From: Macrostomum hystrix
Lineage: Eukaryota > Animalia > Platyhelminthes
DNA: 64,000 nucleotides
Direction: 5' to 3'
NCBI GenBank assembly: GCA_950097015.1
Contig: CATNEN010000003.1
Location: forward strand, 10,664,001-10,728,000
Shown here in pieces: positions 22,826 to 34,747 of this stretch. How positions within the stretch are numbered: the stretch's first letter is position 1; the number at the start of each line of letters is the position of its first letter. Made by a program: the position numbers and the translations under genes. Below the pieces are notes generated by a model, which ran no database searches, was not told where the DNA came from, and saw only the letters and a program-made list of their open reading frames with translations.

Positions 22826-25153
22826 ATGTCTGCGCTCAAGTTCTATCTGCTCAAAGTGACATTGTTTCTGTTTCTACTCAAATTTTATTTGAGTTCTGCC
22901 AGCGTTACACAAGAAGCCTGTCCACCAGGCACAGCATTCAATTCACTCCGAAGATTGTGCTACAACTGCTCCAACGGCTACTATCAGGACAAGTCTGGTC
23001 AGGTGAATTGTCTCATGTGTCCCGAAGGCCATCATTGTCCATACCCAAGGACTCGGCCGATTCCGTGTCCACCAGGCGCAGCTAGCTACGACTATGTCTA
23101 CCAGAGAATGTCTTGCGGCAACTGCTCCAATGGCTACTATCAGGACAAGTCTGGTCAGGTGAATTGTCTCATGTGTCCCGAAGGCCATCGTTGTCCATAC
23201 CCAAGGACTCGGCCGATTCCGTGTCCGCCAGGCACAGCTAGCTACGACTATGTCTACCGGGGAATGTCTTGCGGCAACTGCTCCAACGGCTACTATCAGG
23301 ACAAGCCTGGTCAGGCGAATTGTCTCAAGTGTCCTGAAGGTCACAGCTGTCCGATACCGAAAACCCGGCCGATTCAGTGTCCGCCAGGCACAGCTAGCTA
23401 CGACAATGTCTACCTGCGAACGACTTGCGCAGAATGTTCTAGCGGCAGTTATCAGAACAAGCCGGGACAGCACTACTGCATCGAGTGCCCGCCGGGGATG
23501 TACTGCCCGCCTCCGCGGAATCGTGCTATTCCATGCCCTGCTGGAACTATCAATGCGCATAATATAAACCTGATAGTAGATTGCACCGCTTGCCAGAACG
23601 GCTATTATCAAGCCAAGATCGGACAGGCTAAGTGCCTGCTCTGTCCTGAAGGACACGAGTGCCCAGCGTCTAGGAAAAGCGCGATACCGTGTCCTCCCGG
23701 ATACTGGAGTAGCTCCTCCATGTATACCAGTCAGCTAGTAAAGTGCATGGACTGCGCAACTGGCTATTATCAAAACCAAGCGGAGCAATCAAGCTGCATT
23801 GCCTGCCCCGATGGCTATTCGTGTCCAGTGAAGGCCAGTGCACCTGTGGCCTGTCCACCTGGGTCTACCAGCAATTATTATGTGAGTCAGAGGACCCACT
23901 GTCAAAGGTGCTCCGGCTCATTGTGCAGCAGTGTTATTTCAGCTCCATTGGTCTGTCCAGCGGGAAAGTATTTTGATCGCCCCAAAAAGTCGTGCCAATC
24001 ATGCAAATTAGGCACGTATCAAGTACTCTCGGGGCAAAGCAGCTGTTTGATATGTCCGGAAGGATTTTACTGTCCCAACACCACGGAAAAACCCGCCCCA
24101 TGCCCCGCTGGTACCTACAGCACCAAAGACATGGTTGCTAAGACCAGTTGTATTACCTGCGCATCCGGCACCTACCAAACGCAGCAAGGTCAAAACCTGT
24201 GCCTCGACTGTCCAGCCGGGAATTTCTGCCCCAGACCCAATCTGGAGCCATTGCCCTGTCCAGCTGGGTCCTACTCTTCCAGCAAGACCACGAACAAATC
24301 CAGGTGTTATCCCTGCAAAACTAATGAGTATCAGGATCAAACTGGGCAGGCATCTTGCAAGCCCTGCCCACCTGGCTATTTCTGCCCAAGTCCAGAGCTG
24401 AGTCCGCAGCAGTGCCCGCCCAACACCTACAGTTACGATACACTCACAGATAGAAGCAAGTGCTTGCCGTGTTCCTTGCGTCAGTACCAGGACCAATGCG
24501 GTCAATCACAATGCAAAACCCTGTTTCCCAGCGGCACATCTCCGACACCGCAACCGAACTGTCGAAGCTTGAGCAGCATTGCTACAATTGACACAGGCAA
24601 TAGCAGCGTCAAACACATCAGCAACCAGACAGAGGACAAAGCAAGCAGAGAAGCTTATTCCGACGCTCCGCTTGAGATCATGGAGGGTAACAGTGGAGTC
24701 CGCTATTCCGTTGTTAAGATCTTAGACAAGCACATTTCAACCGGAGAAACAGTGTCCGATAATCGCATGCTATTGAGCACAGCCATTGCTTTCGACAAAA
24801 TGGCCGCCGCTGCCAAGAAGGAGGGCGTTACCATTCTCATCAGGTCGGGATTCCGTACTATGGAGCGTCAAAACTATTTGTACAATTGCTTTCTGTCTAA
24901 GAAGTGCAACAGCGGAAACTTGGCGGCTAGGCCTGGCTGCTCCAGGCATGGCATGGGCGCAGCTCTCGATTTGAACACAAACTGCGGCAAGCAGACTGTC
25001 CGACAACCCCCGGCTGCATGCCACTCTAGCGCCGTGTACACCTGGCTGAAGATCAACGGCCACAAGTTTGGCTTCGTGCGCACAGTTTTCACTGAGACGT
25101 GGCACTGGGAATTTCAAGGTGGACCAATAAACGGACCGTCCAACTTTACCTGA
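22826..25153 (+). CDS. Secreted Cys-rich (GCC2/GCC3, ephrin-receptor-like) repeat protein with C-terminal M15B/VanY D-Ala-D-Ala carboxypeptidase-like domain, 775 aa, intronless
   Basis: Hydrophobic signal peptide, then ~11 CPxG..CxxCxxGxYQ...C..CPxGxxCP units. C-terminal AFDKMAAAAKKEGV...SGFRT...Q..LY...AARPGCSRHGMGAALDL...WL..NGHKFGF...ETWHWEF contains the SxHxxGxAxD and ExWH Zn-peptidase motifs. A TATA-like tatatat lies at ~22758. Confidence 0.9.
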   Translation: MSALKFYLLKVTLFLFLLKFYLSSASVTQEACPPGTAFNSLRRLCYNCSNGYYQDKSGQVNCLMCPEGHHCPYPRTRPIPCPPGAASYDYVYQRMSCGNCSNGYYQDKSGQVNCLMCPEGHRCPYPRTRPIPCPPGTASYDYVYRGMSCGNCSNGYYQDKPGQANCLKCPEGHSCPIPKTRPIQCPPGTASYDNVYLRTTCAECSSGSYQNKPGQHYCIECPPGMYCPPPRNRAIPCPAGTINAHNINLIVDCTACQNGYYQAKIGQAKCLLCPEGHECPASRKSAIPCPPGYWSSSSMYTSQLVKCMDCATGYYQNQAEQSSCIACPDGYSCPVKASAPVACPPGSTSNYYVSQRTHCQRCSGSLCSSVISAPLVCPAGKYFDRPKKSCQSCKLGTYQVLSGQSSCLICPEGFYCPNTTEKPAPCPAGTYSTKDMVAKTSCITCASGTYQTQQGQNLCLDCPAGNFCPRPNLEPLPCPAGSYSSSKTTNKSRCYPCKTNEYQDQTGQASCKPCPPGYFCPSPELSPQQCPPNTYSYDTLTDRSKCLPCSLRQYQDQCGQSQCKTLFPSGTSPTPQPNCRSLSSIATIDTGNSSVKHISNQTEDKASREAYSDAPLEIMEGNSGVRYSVVKILDKHISTGETVSDNRMLLSTAIAFDKMAAAAKKEGVTILIRSGFRTMERQNYLYNCFLSKKCNSGNLAARPGCSRHGMGAALDLNTNCGKQTVRQPPAACHSSAVYTWLKINGHKFGFVRTVFTETWHWEFQGGPINGPSNFT

Positions 25154-25950
25154 GGAACCGTGTATCAGGACAGATGTATGATTTTGAGAGCCTATATCTT
25201 TTACTTTGAAAAAATAAGTCTTTGTAGGACAAGGATATTTATGCCATTTATACCTGCTGACAAGGTGCGTATATTCGAGAAGTTGAGCGCTTTTGTGTAC
25301 TGTACCACCAGATACAAGCTTAGCCTTTGATAAGCTTTCGTACAGTTATTGTAATTCTAATAGACATTTAATTTGACTCAAATACCCCAGTTGTATTACC
25401 ACAGTCTGTTGTCCACAGACTGAACATCTGTACACACAGCGTTTTCAAATAGCCTCTAAATAGCTCTGGCAGTGCCACAGCTATTATCGTAAATGTGACC
25501 CAACAATGAGCTATAGTTGAAATTTCTATTATGTTCCATTTATTAATAGCTTTCAACATTTTATTCCCTTTAACGCATAGCAAGAATATACTGCGTAGTT
25601 ATTTAACCAAGTTTTCCAATTTTCTAGTAACCGTCATGACGTTTTAAATTTCTTTTTTATGGTTGCACCATGTTTATTTCTCTGTTTATTTAAATAGAGA
25701 GATTCGACGGCTAAGTGACGTTCATTGAAAGACCATGAAATTTAGTATTATTAAACATCCAGCTGAGATCCTAACGGTCATATATTAGGCTACTTAAAGT
25801 AGTCAAGTAAAGACAAGTGTCATTCTGTCGAAGCAGAGCCGAAGCGGGTTGTCTATGGCCATGACTTAAAAAACAATTCCAGTTAAAATAGCGGCAGCTT
25901 GTTTCACATGTGTTCAGTGAGCATAGACAAATAAATTTTATTTTAGCAGC

Positions 25951-27870
25951 TCGACAACGTCTCTAAGCGCGAGATGAATTACAACTGTCAGATGCCCAAT
26001 ATGAGTAATTCTGTATTAGCTAGCGCGGGCTACTGCAACGCCTGCGACATGTTTCCCGTTGACATGGGCATCGATGTTGGCCCACTCCAGGCCAGAATCA
26101 ACGAGTGCAAGCGCCGCTATCACCGGGAAATTTGGCGCATCCTCTGCGACGGCGCCGAGACTGAGTTGAAATCACAGAAACCAAAGAAGAAGAAAAAAAG
26201 TCCACCCAAGACGAATACGGATTCGGCAGAAGAGGATAAGGAATTGCCGGGCAATGACGAGGTTGGGTTTGGGCCACTTTATGTTGAACTTTAATTGAGC
26301 ATTAATCTGCGACTGTATGAGTTAAGATACTGAAAAAAGATAGGAGACTTTGCTGCTGCTACTGCGCGTCGTAAGGCTAATGCTGATGCTGTTAAAGCTA
26401 ACGTTAAAGCTAATGCTGTTAACGATTTGACAACTGGAGTCCCTCAGGCTTAGGTTCCAACTCCCGACCTCTCGGTCAGAACTCATTTAGTCTAACCGAT
26501 GGGCTACAAGACTATAAGCAGCTCCAGAGGTAACGAGAGGATAATTGTTTGATTGTCAAATGTGCCAAAATATGTGACTAGCTTTTTGTACTAATGCCAA
26601 CATCACACTTCACACAAATCTGGACAGCAGAGTGAGAACGAAAACAATTACGCTGAGTCCTGGATGCGGCGACCTCAACGCACGGGTAACAATGTCGCCG
26701 ACAAAGTTGGTAGAGTCGATGGCGGGGGCAAAGTTTGGTCGCCGATCGATGCTGAGCTACAGAAGCTTCATCAATCGTTGGCTGCGGCCGCGAAGCTGGC
26801 AGCGACTGCAATTTCGCGCAGTGAGGTCCGAGACAGACGCGGCAGGCATCGCCAGCGACAGAAGCGGGACGACGACAGTAAGAGTATTTCGACGACTACA
26901 ACGCCAACGACAAAAACGACGCCGACCATTAAAAAAATCCTTACAACTGAAACTAATTATGCCAGCAAATCGACGAAAAAGAATCAGGGGCATACGCTTG
27001 TAGTTAAGGTAAATAATAATAATTTTTTTTTTGCAGGAGGGCTGCGGGCAATGGCACATCGTTTAGTGATACTAGACCCGCAGCCAGCGGGGAGGCAATC
27101 CTGCCCATTTCGCTGACTCCTGAGCACACACGCACACAGATACATTACGCAGGCACACGCTCACACAGGTGTGTACATCTGCCCTGACTTTCTCATCGTC
27201 AGGCAGTGTGCACTTCACTGTGCCTTGGAGGTTGGCCCTCAAGGGCGTAAATTGCACGACAAGCCATTAAGCCTTCTCTCCGCGGCTGCGCCCCAAATGA
27301 ATGTGGCCTCGCCGTGGAATCGAACTTAGGGACCTTGGTGTGAGAGGCAAACGCGATAACCGCTCTGCCACCGAACCCCTGTGGTTGAGGTAAGGGAAGG
27401 CAGTTTTCGTTAGGAATCCAAGCTAGGCCACTTTCATTTGTTGCACAACCTATGATTTGTTGCGCAAATTCATTAGAATAGCTTCAATTATCTAATGAAG
27501 CTGCTCACTACAAAAGCCAATTCCGTTGTCGCAGCTCTCGGTTGACGCCGCCAAGCAGACTGTATCTGGGCGCAGCGGATCTGTCAGCTTCCAGACAGAT
27601 CTGACAACAGCTCCTACCCGGGTTCGAACTTCCTTCTCTGGCCTTCCAAAGTTGGTAACGGTTAATGGGGAGCCCAGTGCGACAAAATCTATCGCTTCGT
27701 CGTCTAGCTCGTCGACTCGCAGTCAAACGGGACTCAGCAGTTGTGGCGTCAACAGTAGCGGCGGCAACACCAAAGGCCGTCGCTCTTCGGAGCATCAAAC
27801 AGCAGAAGCTAGCAATGCACTGGCGCAAAATACTTGGGAAGAAGAAAGTGCACGATTGGGGGAGTCCTGA
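25951..27870 (+). CDS. Possible two exons of an uncharacterised gene
   Basis: GC-richer ORF segments ~25951..26261 (ttagcag| ... GAG|gttggg) and 27535..27870 (gtcgcag|CTC) are phase-0 compatible. No recognisable domain. Confidence 0.3.
27023..27379 (-). mobile_element. tRNA-derived SINE (Val-like head, A-tail)
   Basis: Minus strand begins ggggttcggtggcagagcggttatcgcgtttgcctctcacacc...gttcgattccacggcgaggc (A and B boxes) and ends in A10. A ~60-bp piece of its body recurs inverted at ~32048-32105. Confidence 0.75.
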
Positions 27871-28716
27871 AGGACTGTACTTTTAATGCACAAGTTTTAA
27901 GATCTCTTGCCACCGTGTCCAGACAAGTTTTTTTGGCGCTAAAAAGCCTCAATGTAGCGGAAAAAACTGGAACCTGTCAACAAAACACAGGATTCTGAAA
28001 CAAACAATTGGGCATTGTCTTTCAAGAACCGTGGCACAAACATCGCGTCAGATTGATTGCCTATCTTTTTGTGTAATTAAAACATTTTTGTGCTTAATTC
28101 GAACTAGAAGACGGCAGTACAGTGGAAAACTTACCTGCATCTGAACATATGGTAATGCTATCGAAAAGCACTCCTATAATACCTTAACCGTAGACTATAG
28201 AGCGTGTAATGTTATAGGCATATGTAAAAAGCATATTTTTATTAGTTTTTTGCTTACTTTTTGTGGAAATTATATAAAAAATATTGCGGTTAAAGCACAA
28301 TAGTTTTGCTTTTGTTATTGGTACGGTATTGGTAAGGTACTCGTGCTAAAGATAAAAATATTTAGCCTCTCTTGCGCGAATTTTAAACATTCTTTCGTAA
28401 ATAGTTTTTTTTATTTTCCCTTTCTTTATTTCGAAGAGGTACATGCAAATTTATTGTTTCGAAATACATAATAACACTGATGGATTGTAATTCAGAATGT
28501 ATCACTGTTTTCAGGGTATCCACAATGTCCGTTCCTAACCTCAGCATTCTAAGTATTTAAAGTAGTAAAGAACGTTCATTAATAGAACTCGGCTAGCGTG
28601 ACCAGACTCATAAGAGATTGAAATATCGCGCAATTGTTCCTTTTTGACACGCCTCTGAAAATTTTGATTCATTTTATATTGCCTGCTTTAAAAAAACTGT
28701 CAAACAAGCTACTGCA

Positions 28717-29306
28717 AGCAAGCAAACGTCACCAAGCAAACGTCACCAAGCAAACATTACCAAGCAAACATTACCAAGCAAACATCACCAAGCAAACATT
28801 ACCAAGCAAACATTACCAAGCAAACATCACCAAGCAAACGTCACCAAGCAAACATCACCAAGCAAACATCACCAAGCAAACGTCACCAAGCAAACGTCAC
28901 CAAGCAAACGTCACCAAGCAAACGTCACCAAGCAAACGTCACCAAGCAAACGTCACCAAGCAAACGTCACCAAGCAAACGTCACCAAGCAAACGTCACCA
29001 AGCAAACATTACCAAGCAAACATCACCAAGCAAACGTCACCAAGCAAACGTCACCAAGCAAACGTCACCAAGCAAACATTACCAAGCAAACATCACCAAG
29101 CAAACATTACCAAGCAAACATCACCAAGCAAACGTCACCAAGCAAACATTACCAAGCAAACATTACCAAGCAAACATTACCAAGCAAACATCACCAAGCA
29201 AACGTCACCAAGCAAACGTCACCAAGCAAACGTCACCAAGCAAACATCACCAAGCAAACATCACCAAGCAAACGTCACCAAGCAAACGTCACCAAGCAAA
29301 CGTCAC
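28717..29306 (+). repeat. Minisatellite, 14-bp unit (accaagcaaacrty)
   Basis: About 42 tandem copies. Confidence 0.95.
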
Positions 29307-30392
29307 TAAACAAATGTTGCCAAGCAAACATTCAAGGACCTCTTGCAGCACTTCTATCGTTAGCTAGTCTAGAAGTTATAGAAGTCCAAATTTCATAGTC
29401 AAATTCCTTGCAAACTTCACTAAGCAAATGTCTTCGACCAGATGTCAAACAAGCAGGTGTCACTAACATCAACAACGTCACCAGGCTAGCATCAGTGAAA
29501 AATCTGCAAACATTTTTTGTTTGTTCTATTTATTTGAGTTATAATACTTAAACGTAAAAAGACGAGGACTTAAGCAGAATTGCTAGTGATCGCGTGATAA
29601 AAGTATATACTTGCAGGTTGTTACTACGTCATTTATCGAACATTAATTTGACTTTCTAAGTACCTTTTTGTACAAGAAGTTCTGCACTTATAATTCCACA
29701 GGCTTAGCGTTAGCTTTGACACCTTCGTGTCATGAATCTGATTTGCTTCAGTGTAGACTAAAATTATCTTCGTGCTTAGCCACAGCCACCTGATGAATGT
29801 CCTCTGACGGTCAGTAGCGCTCGAGAATATGGCCACACAGCGAGGAGTAGCCACAAAAGGGTAAGAGGTCGCGGTGCAGGGCGGCCCGGGGGTTAGCAAA
29901 ATAACCCAGCTAGCTCACACAAAAACGCATGTGTGCTCACTGCTTCATTCACGGATACACCAACAAAAAAAGTCGCGCTGAGAAGCAGCCTTTCTCCCCC
30001 CCCCCATTCTGCCCCTGTTCTCTTACCCCCTGCGGACCAACCAGGTGTTTGCAGGCAGAGCGCTGACAGCAGTGATGGCAGAAGCTGACTGCTGGCTTCA
30101 TCTCATTCTCTCTCTCTCCACCAACCCTGCCCGCAGACCATACTGCTATACACTGTCAGCCGCTCTATAGTGCCTGGAGCAGAGGGGGAAATATATTGGA
30201 CCGCTGGGGGTAGGGGGTTTGGCGACCGATAAAAATAGCAGTCCTAAAGAAGCCGATCTCTTCCAAGAGTCTCTGTTCTGCCGTTCCCTCTTTTTCGCTT
30301 CATAATTAGCCCAGCTGGCGTTTGCCTGAAATCTGTGCTGGGGTGAATAATTCAATAGAGTAAGCATTTTTCTATAATGTTCTCTACACTAG

Positions 30393-33300
30393 CTGGAGGT
30401 CGGCGCTATCCCGGCTCGATATCGCACCGGCACAAGCACGTGACGTTCGGCAAAATTGCCATCGGGGTGGCGAAGGGCACCGCCATGATTGGTGAGCCAC
30501 TTTTTATGAATTGTTTCCCTTGGAGATTCGAACTCCTGACTTCCGGGCCACTCTATATAAAATGATCAATACCCATGATTGCAGTGATTGGTGTCCCAGT
30601 CTGCACAATAGCAGCTGGAATTGGTGCCACAGCCATTGTCGCCTACGGTTTAGCGAGCCCATTCTACTATGGCGGCAAAAAGTTGGTGAAAAAAATCCGG
30701 CGGCAAGTTCAAAAGAAGGAAGAACTGGCCTGCACTGATCGGCTAACAAGGGAAGACATTCTGGTTTGGTTGGAGAATTGCGAAGGCGACCCAGGTGCGT
30801 CTCTCTAACGGAGGCGTCGTTTGCAGATTGTGGAGATTTTTTTCGTAGGGTCGTTGGTTTGCGGAGTGGGGTGGGTAGTTTTTTGCGGAGTGGGATAATT
30901 AACTCCCGGAGAGAGGTAATTGGTTTGCGAATTTCGGTGATTAGTTTGCCGAGTGGGTGGTTGTCTTTCGGAGTGACGGAGGTTTACGGAGTGTAGTGGT
31001 TAGATAGTGGATTGGGGTGGTTGGCTTGCGGAGTGGGATAGCTGGTTTACGGAGTGGGGTGGCTGGTTTGCAGAGTGCAGTGGTTGGTTTGCGGAGTGGG
31101 GTGGTTGGTTTGCGGAGTGGGGTGGTTATGCTCCGGTAAAAATAGTTTATATTAAGTTTTAAAAAATAACTTGATCTTCTCGGGTTAAAAGCAAAGAGGG
31201 GAAGTTAATCGTTGATTAAGTTCATGCTAATGGTATTAATTTAGAACTGCATCGAGTGCAGGGAGTCATTTAAAACAAAAAAGCTATTCGCAAAAGAGAC
31301 TGTATAATAAGCATAAAAGTTTGATAGGCAATTCAAGGTTAAGCCGATCAAAGCTAATGACATTGGCTTCAAAGCCAGTCAAAGGAGAAAGCTGCATTTT
31401 TCGCAATGTTACCTTATTAGTAATATCCGGTCTATTGTTAAGATGCTCACCAGGCAATCTAAAAATAGAGGTCATTTCAATGATGACATTGCAATCAGCT
31501 AAGAGGAAATATACTGTGGCGAGGCTTAAGTTGATTGAAACAACAATAACACAGACAAAATGAGACACAAAAGCAACCTGAAGCAACCTACCTTCAGAAA
31601 CACGCTGCTTCTGAAACAACCTACCTTCAGAAACACGCTACTTTCTGAAGCAACCAACCTTTATGCTTTCTGAAGCAACCAACCTCTATGCTTTCTGAAA
31701 CAACCAACCATTATGCTTTCTGAAACAACCAACCTTTATGCTTTCTGAAACAACCAACCATTATGCTTTCTGAAACAACCAACCTTTATGCTTTCTGAAA
31801 CAACCAACCTTTATGCTTTCTGAAACCTACAACCTACCTTCAGAAAAACGCTGCTTTCTGAAACAACCTACCTTCAGAAACACGCTGCTTCTGAAACAAC
31901 CTACCTTCAGAAACACGCTGCTTCTGAAACAACCTACCTTCAGAAACACGCTGCTTCTGAAACAACCTACCTTCAAGCTGCACACTGGTTCCTAAAAAAT
32001 GCATATATTAGCTGTTGAGTACCTGAAAACTTGAAGTGCGGTTGGCTGTGTGTGCTCAGGAGTCAGTGGAATGGGGAGAACTGCCTCCTCGCTGGCTGCG
32101 GGTCCATTGTCACCAATTGATAGTAAATCGCTTGCTTTCAGAATCAATCGACCAGTCGGAAAACGCTGCCGCGGGGAACTCACCAAGCTTGACTTCGGTT
32201 GGGAGAACGAGCGCAAATACCTCCGGTGGCGGGGATGCAGCAGCAGCATCAGCAGCAGCAGCAGCCTCATCAACATCTAGTACTGGCTTAGGACAGCAAA
32301 GAAAAAAGCCAGCGCTGAGGCGCCTATTCAGCCGAGAGAGTCGCTCTGGCTTCGTGCTGCTCGCCTCCTCGCCGTCAGATCCGGCAGCTGACGAGGCGCT
32401 CGCCAGCGATAGAGATCCGGCAATGGGCGCCGTGGGCAACCGGCGATCAGAGTATCAGCCGCTTGTGAATGAATCCGACGAATCCGAGGCTGATGGACCC
32501 GGTAATTGATCAGTTTTATAACTCTACTTTGTCTCACCTTTTATCAGAAGCGATGATCATTCACGGTGGTGAACCATGATCATTCACGGTGGGAACCATG
32601 CTCATTCACGGTGGTGAACCATGATAATTCACGGTGGTGAACCATGATCATTCACGGTGGTGAACCACGATCATTCACGGTGGTGAACCACGATCATTCA
32701 CGGTGGTGAACCATGATCATTCACGGTGGTGAACCATGATCATTCACGGTGGTGAACCATGATCATTCACGGTGGTGAACCATGATCATTCACAGTGGTG
32801 AACCGTGATCATTCACAATGGCGAACCATGATCATTCACAGTGGTGAACCATGATAATTCACGGTGGTGAACCATGATCATTCACGATGGTGAACCATGA
32901 TCATTCACGGTGGGAACCATGCTCATTCACGGTGGTGAACCATGATCATTCACGGTGGTGAACCATGATCATTCACGGTGGTGAACCATGACCATTCACA
33001 GTGGTGAACCATGATAATTCACGGTGGTGAACCATGATCATTCACGGTGGTGAACCACGATCATTCACGGTGGTGAACCATGATCATTCACGGTGGTGAA
33101 CCATGATCATTCACGGTGGTGAACCATGATCATTCACGGTGGTGAACCATGATCATTCACGGTGGTGAACCATGATCATTCACGGTGGTGAACCATGATC
33201 ATTCACGGTGGTGAACCATGATCATTCACAGTGGTGAACCGTGATCATTCACAATGGCGAACCATGATCATTCACAGTGGTGAACCGTGATCATTCACAA

Positions 33301-34690
33301 TGGCGAACCTTGATCATTCACAGTGGTGATCGATTATCATCAACCTTGAAAATTAACATTTTAGGTGGTGAACCAGAAATTCATTCACACGATCAAATGG
33401 TCACGTGTACTGAATGTACTTTTGTGTCTAAAATTTGCTCTAGTTTAATTGTCACTGAAGCCAATATGAACTGGCAACAAAGTATTTTAAATCTTTTACA
33501 ATTCTTCTTTGACTAACTATACGTTCTATTAATCCATATTTCGTTTTCAAAGACGAAATGTTGCGTCTCTAAACGTTTTTTTTATCTCGACTTGTTCACC
33601 GCTAAGACATTTTTCTCGCTCACCAGCAGCCAAGGAAAGGTGGGACATCAGGGCTTAAGTATGAAAACTCCCAGACTCTTTTTTTGTCAATTCTGTTATG
33701 AAATTTATGGGAGCGGAAGAAATTGGAGAGAGTAAAAGAGGAAATGCAAAGAGAGGGCGACAGGGCGAGTGGTGGGGGAGATTTAGGGAGATTTAGCTTC
33801 TGGTTGCTGCTCCTAAGCACATGTAAAATTAATGAATGAGGCGAGACAGGCAAAAAGGGACTTCACTTTCTGGACTAGCTAGAGAAAGACGAAACAGAGA
33901 GAGAGACTGTGGCAGAGCAGAACGTTACGGAACATAATGAGAGCTGCGAGAAACTCTGCACTAAAACAGTGAACTAAAATCATTCACAGTGAATTAAAAT
34001 CATTCACAGTCACCTAAAATCATTCACAGTGACCTAAAATCATTCACAGTGACCTAAAATCATTCACAGTCACCTAAAATCATTCACAGTCACCTAAAAT
34101 CATTCACAGTCACCTAAAATCATTCACAGTCACCTAAAATCATTCACAGTCACCTAAAATCATTCACAGTCACCTAAAATCATTCAAGGTGACCTAAAAC
34201 CATTCACAGTGAAATAAAATCCTTCACAATGATCTAAAACCAAAGAACTTAATTCGTTGACAGTGAACTTTAAAGCTTAAAAAACATTTCAGACCAAGCG
34301 GAACTCTGGCGAGAGATGGAGCACGTTGTTCATAGACTTCGTCATGACCGGCTGTCCATCTGTCCGGAGAACATCGTCACGGTTGACCAGCCGCTTATAT
34401 TGGAAAACAGCAACGACATCATGCAGCTGATCCAACGACTACAACTGGAGGGTCACCTTCGTCAGCTAACGAGAGCTGCTTCAATGCCAACGCTAAGTCA
34501 GTGGCAGCCGCAGCTTCTTCAGCATCAGCAGCAGCATCAGGAGGATGATTTTGTGGCCAGTCTGCCGCACGACTCACTGACTGTACAGAAGAAACGATAC
34601 TTGCGAGCAATCTCCGACAACGGAGTTCTGCCGTGTCGAAGTCAGGCGAAGTCGACCACGGCGGCATCGGCCTCTGAAACAGTCAGCTAG
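30393..34690 (+). CDS. Uncharacterised membrane-associated protein, at least 4 exons, 5' end unresolved
   Basis: Exons 30393..30491, 30585..30794, 32142..32501 and 34293..34690 all have GT-AG ends and phase-1 junctions that give one open frame. A hydrophobic segment (MIVIGVPVCTIAAGIGATAIVAYGLASPFYY) is followed by basic KKLVKKIRR. Confidence 0.55.
31575..31975 (+). repeat. Compound minisatellite (25-bp and 33-bp units sharing ttctgaaacaacc)
   Basis: Directly visible; lies in a predicted intron. Confidence 0.85.
32553..33330 (+). repeat. Minisatellite, 23-bp unit (atgatcattcacggtggtgaacc)
   Basis: About 33 tandem copies. Confidence 0.95.
33960..34240 (+). repeat. Minisatellite, 20-bp unit (cattcacagtcacctaaaat)
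   Basis: About 13 copies. Confidence 0.9.
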
Positions 34691-34747
34691 GTTTAATTTT
34701 TTTCAGGAAGGGAGAAACTTTTTGGGACTATCTCAAAACTACTATGT

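Noticed and set aside
22826-25153. Bacterial contaminant sequence
   Set aside because: The ORF has a eukaryotic-type Cys-rich repeat region and signal peptide, no operon-like neighbours, and host-type repeats on both sides. Read-level confirmation is still needed.
29785-29850. Hammerhead ribozyme core (ctgatga)
   Set aside because: No stem II followed by GAAA and no pairing arms were found.
30393-30794. RNF217/RBR E3 ligase C-terminus
   Set aside because: The hydrophobic-plus-basic tail is superficially similar, but no RING or IBR exons were found upstream.
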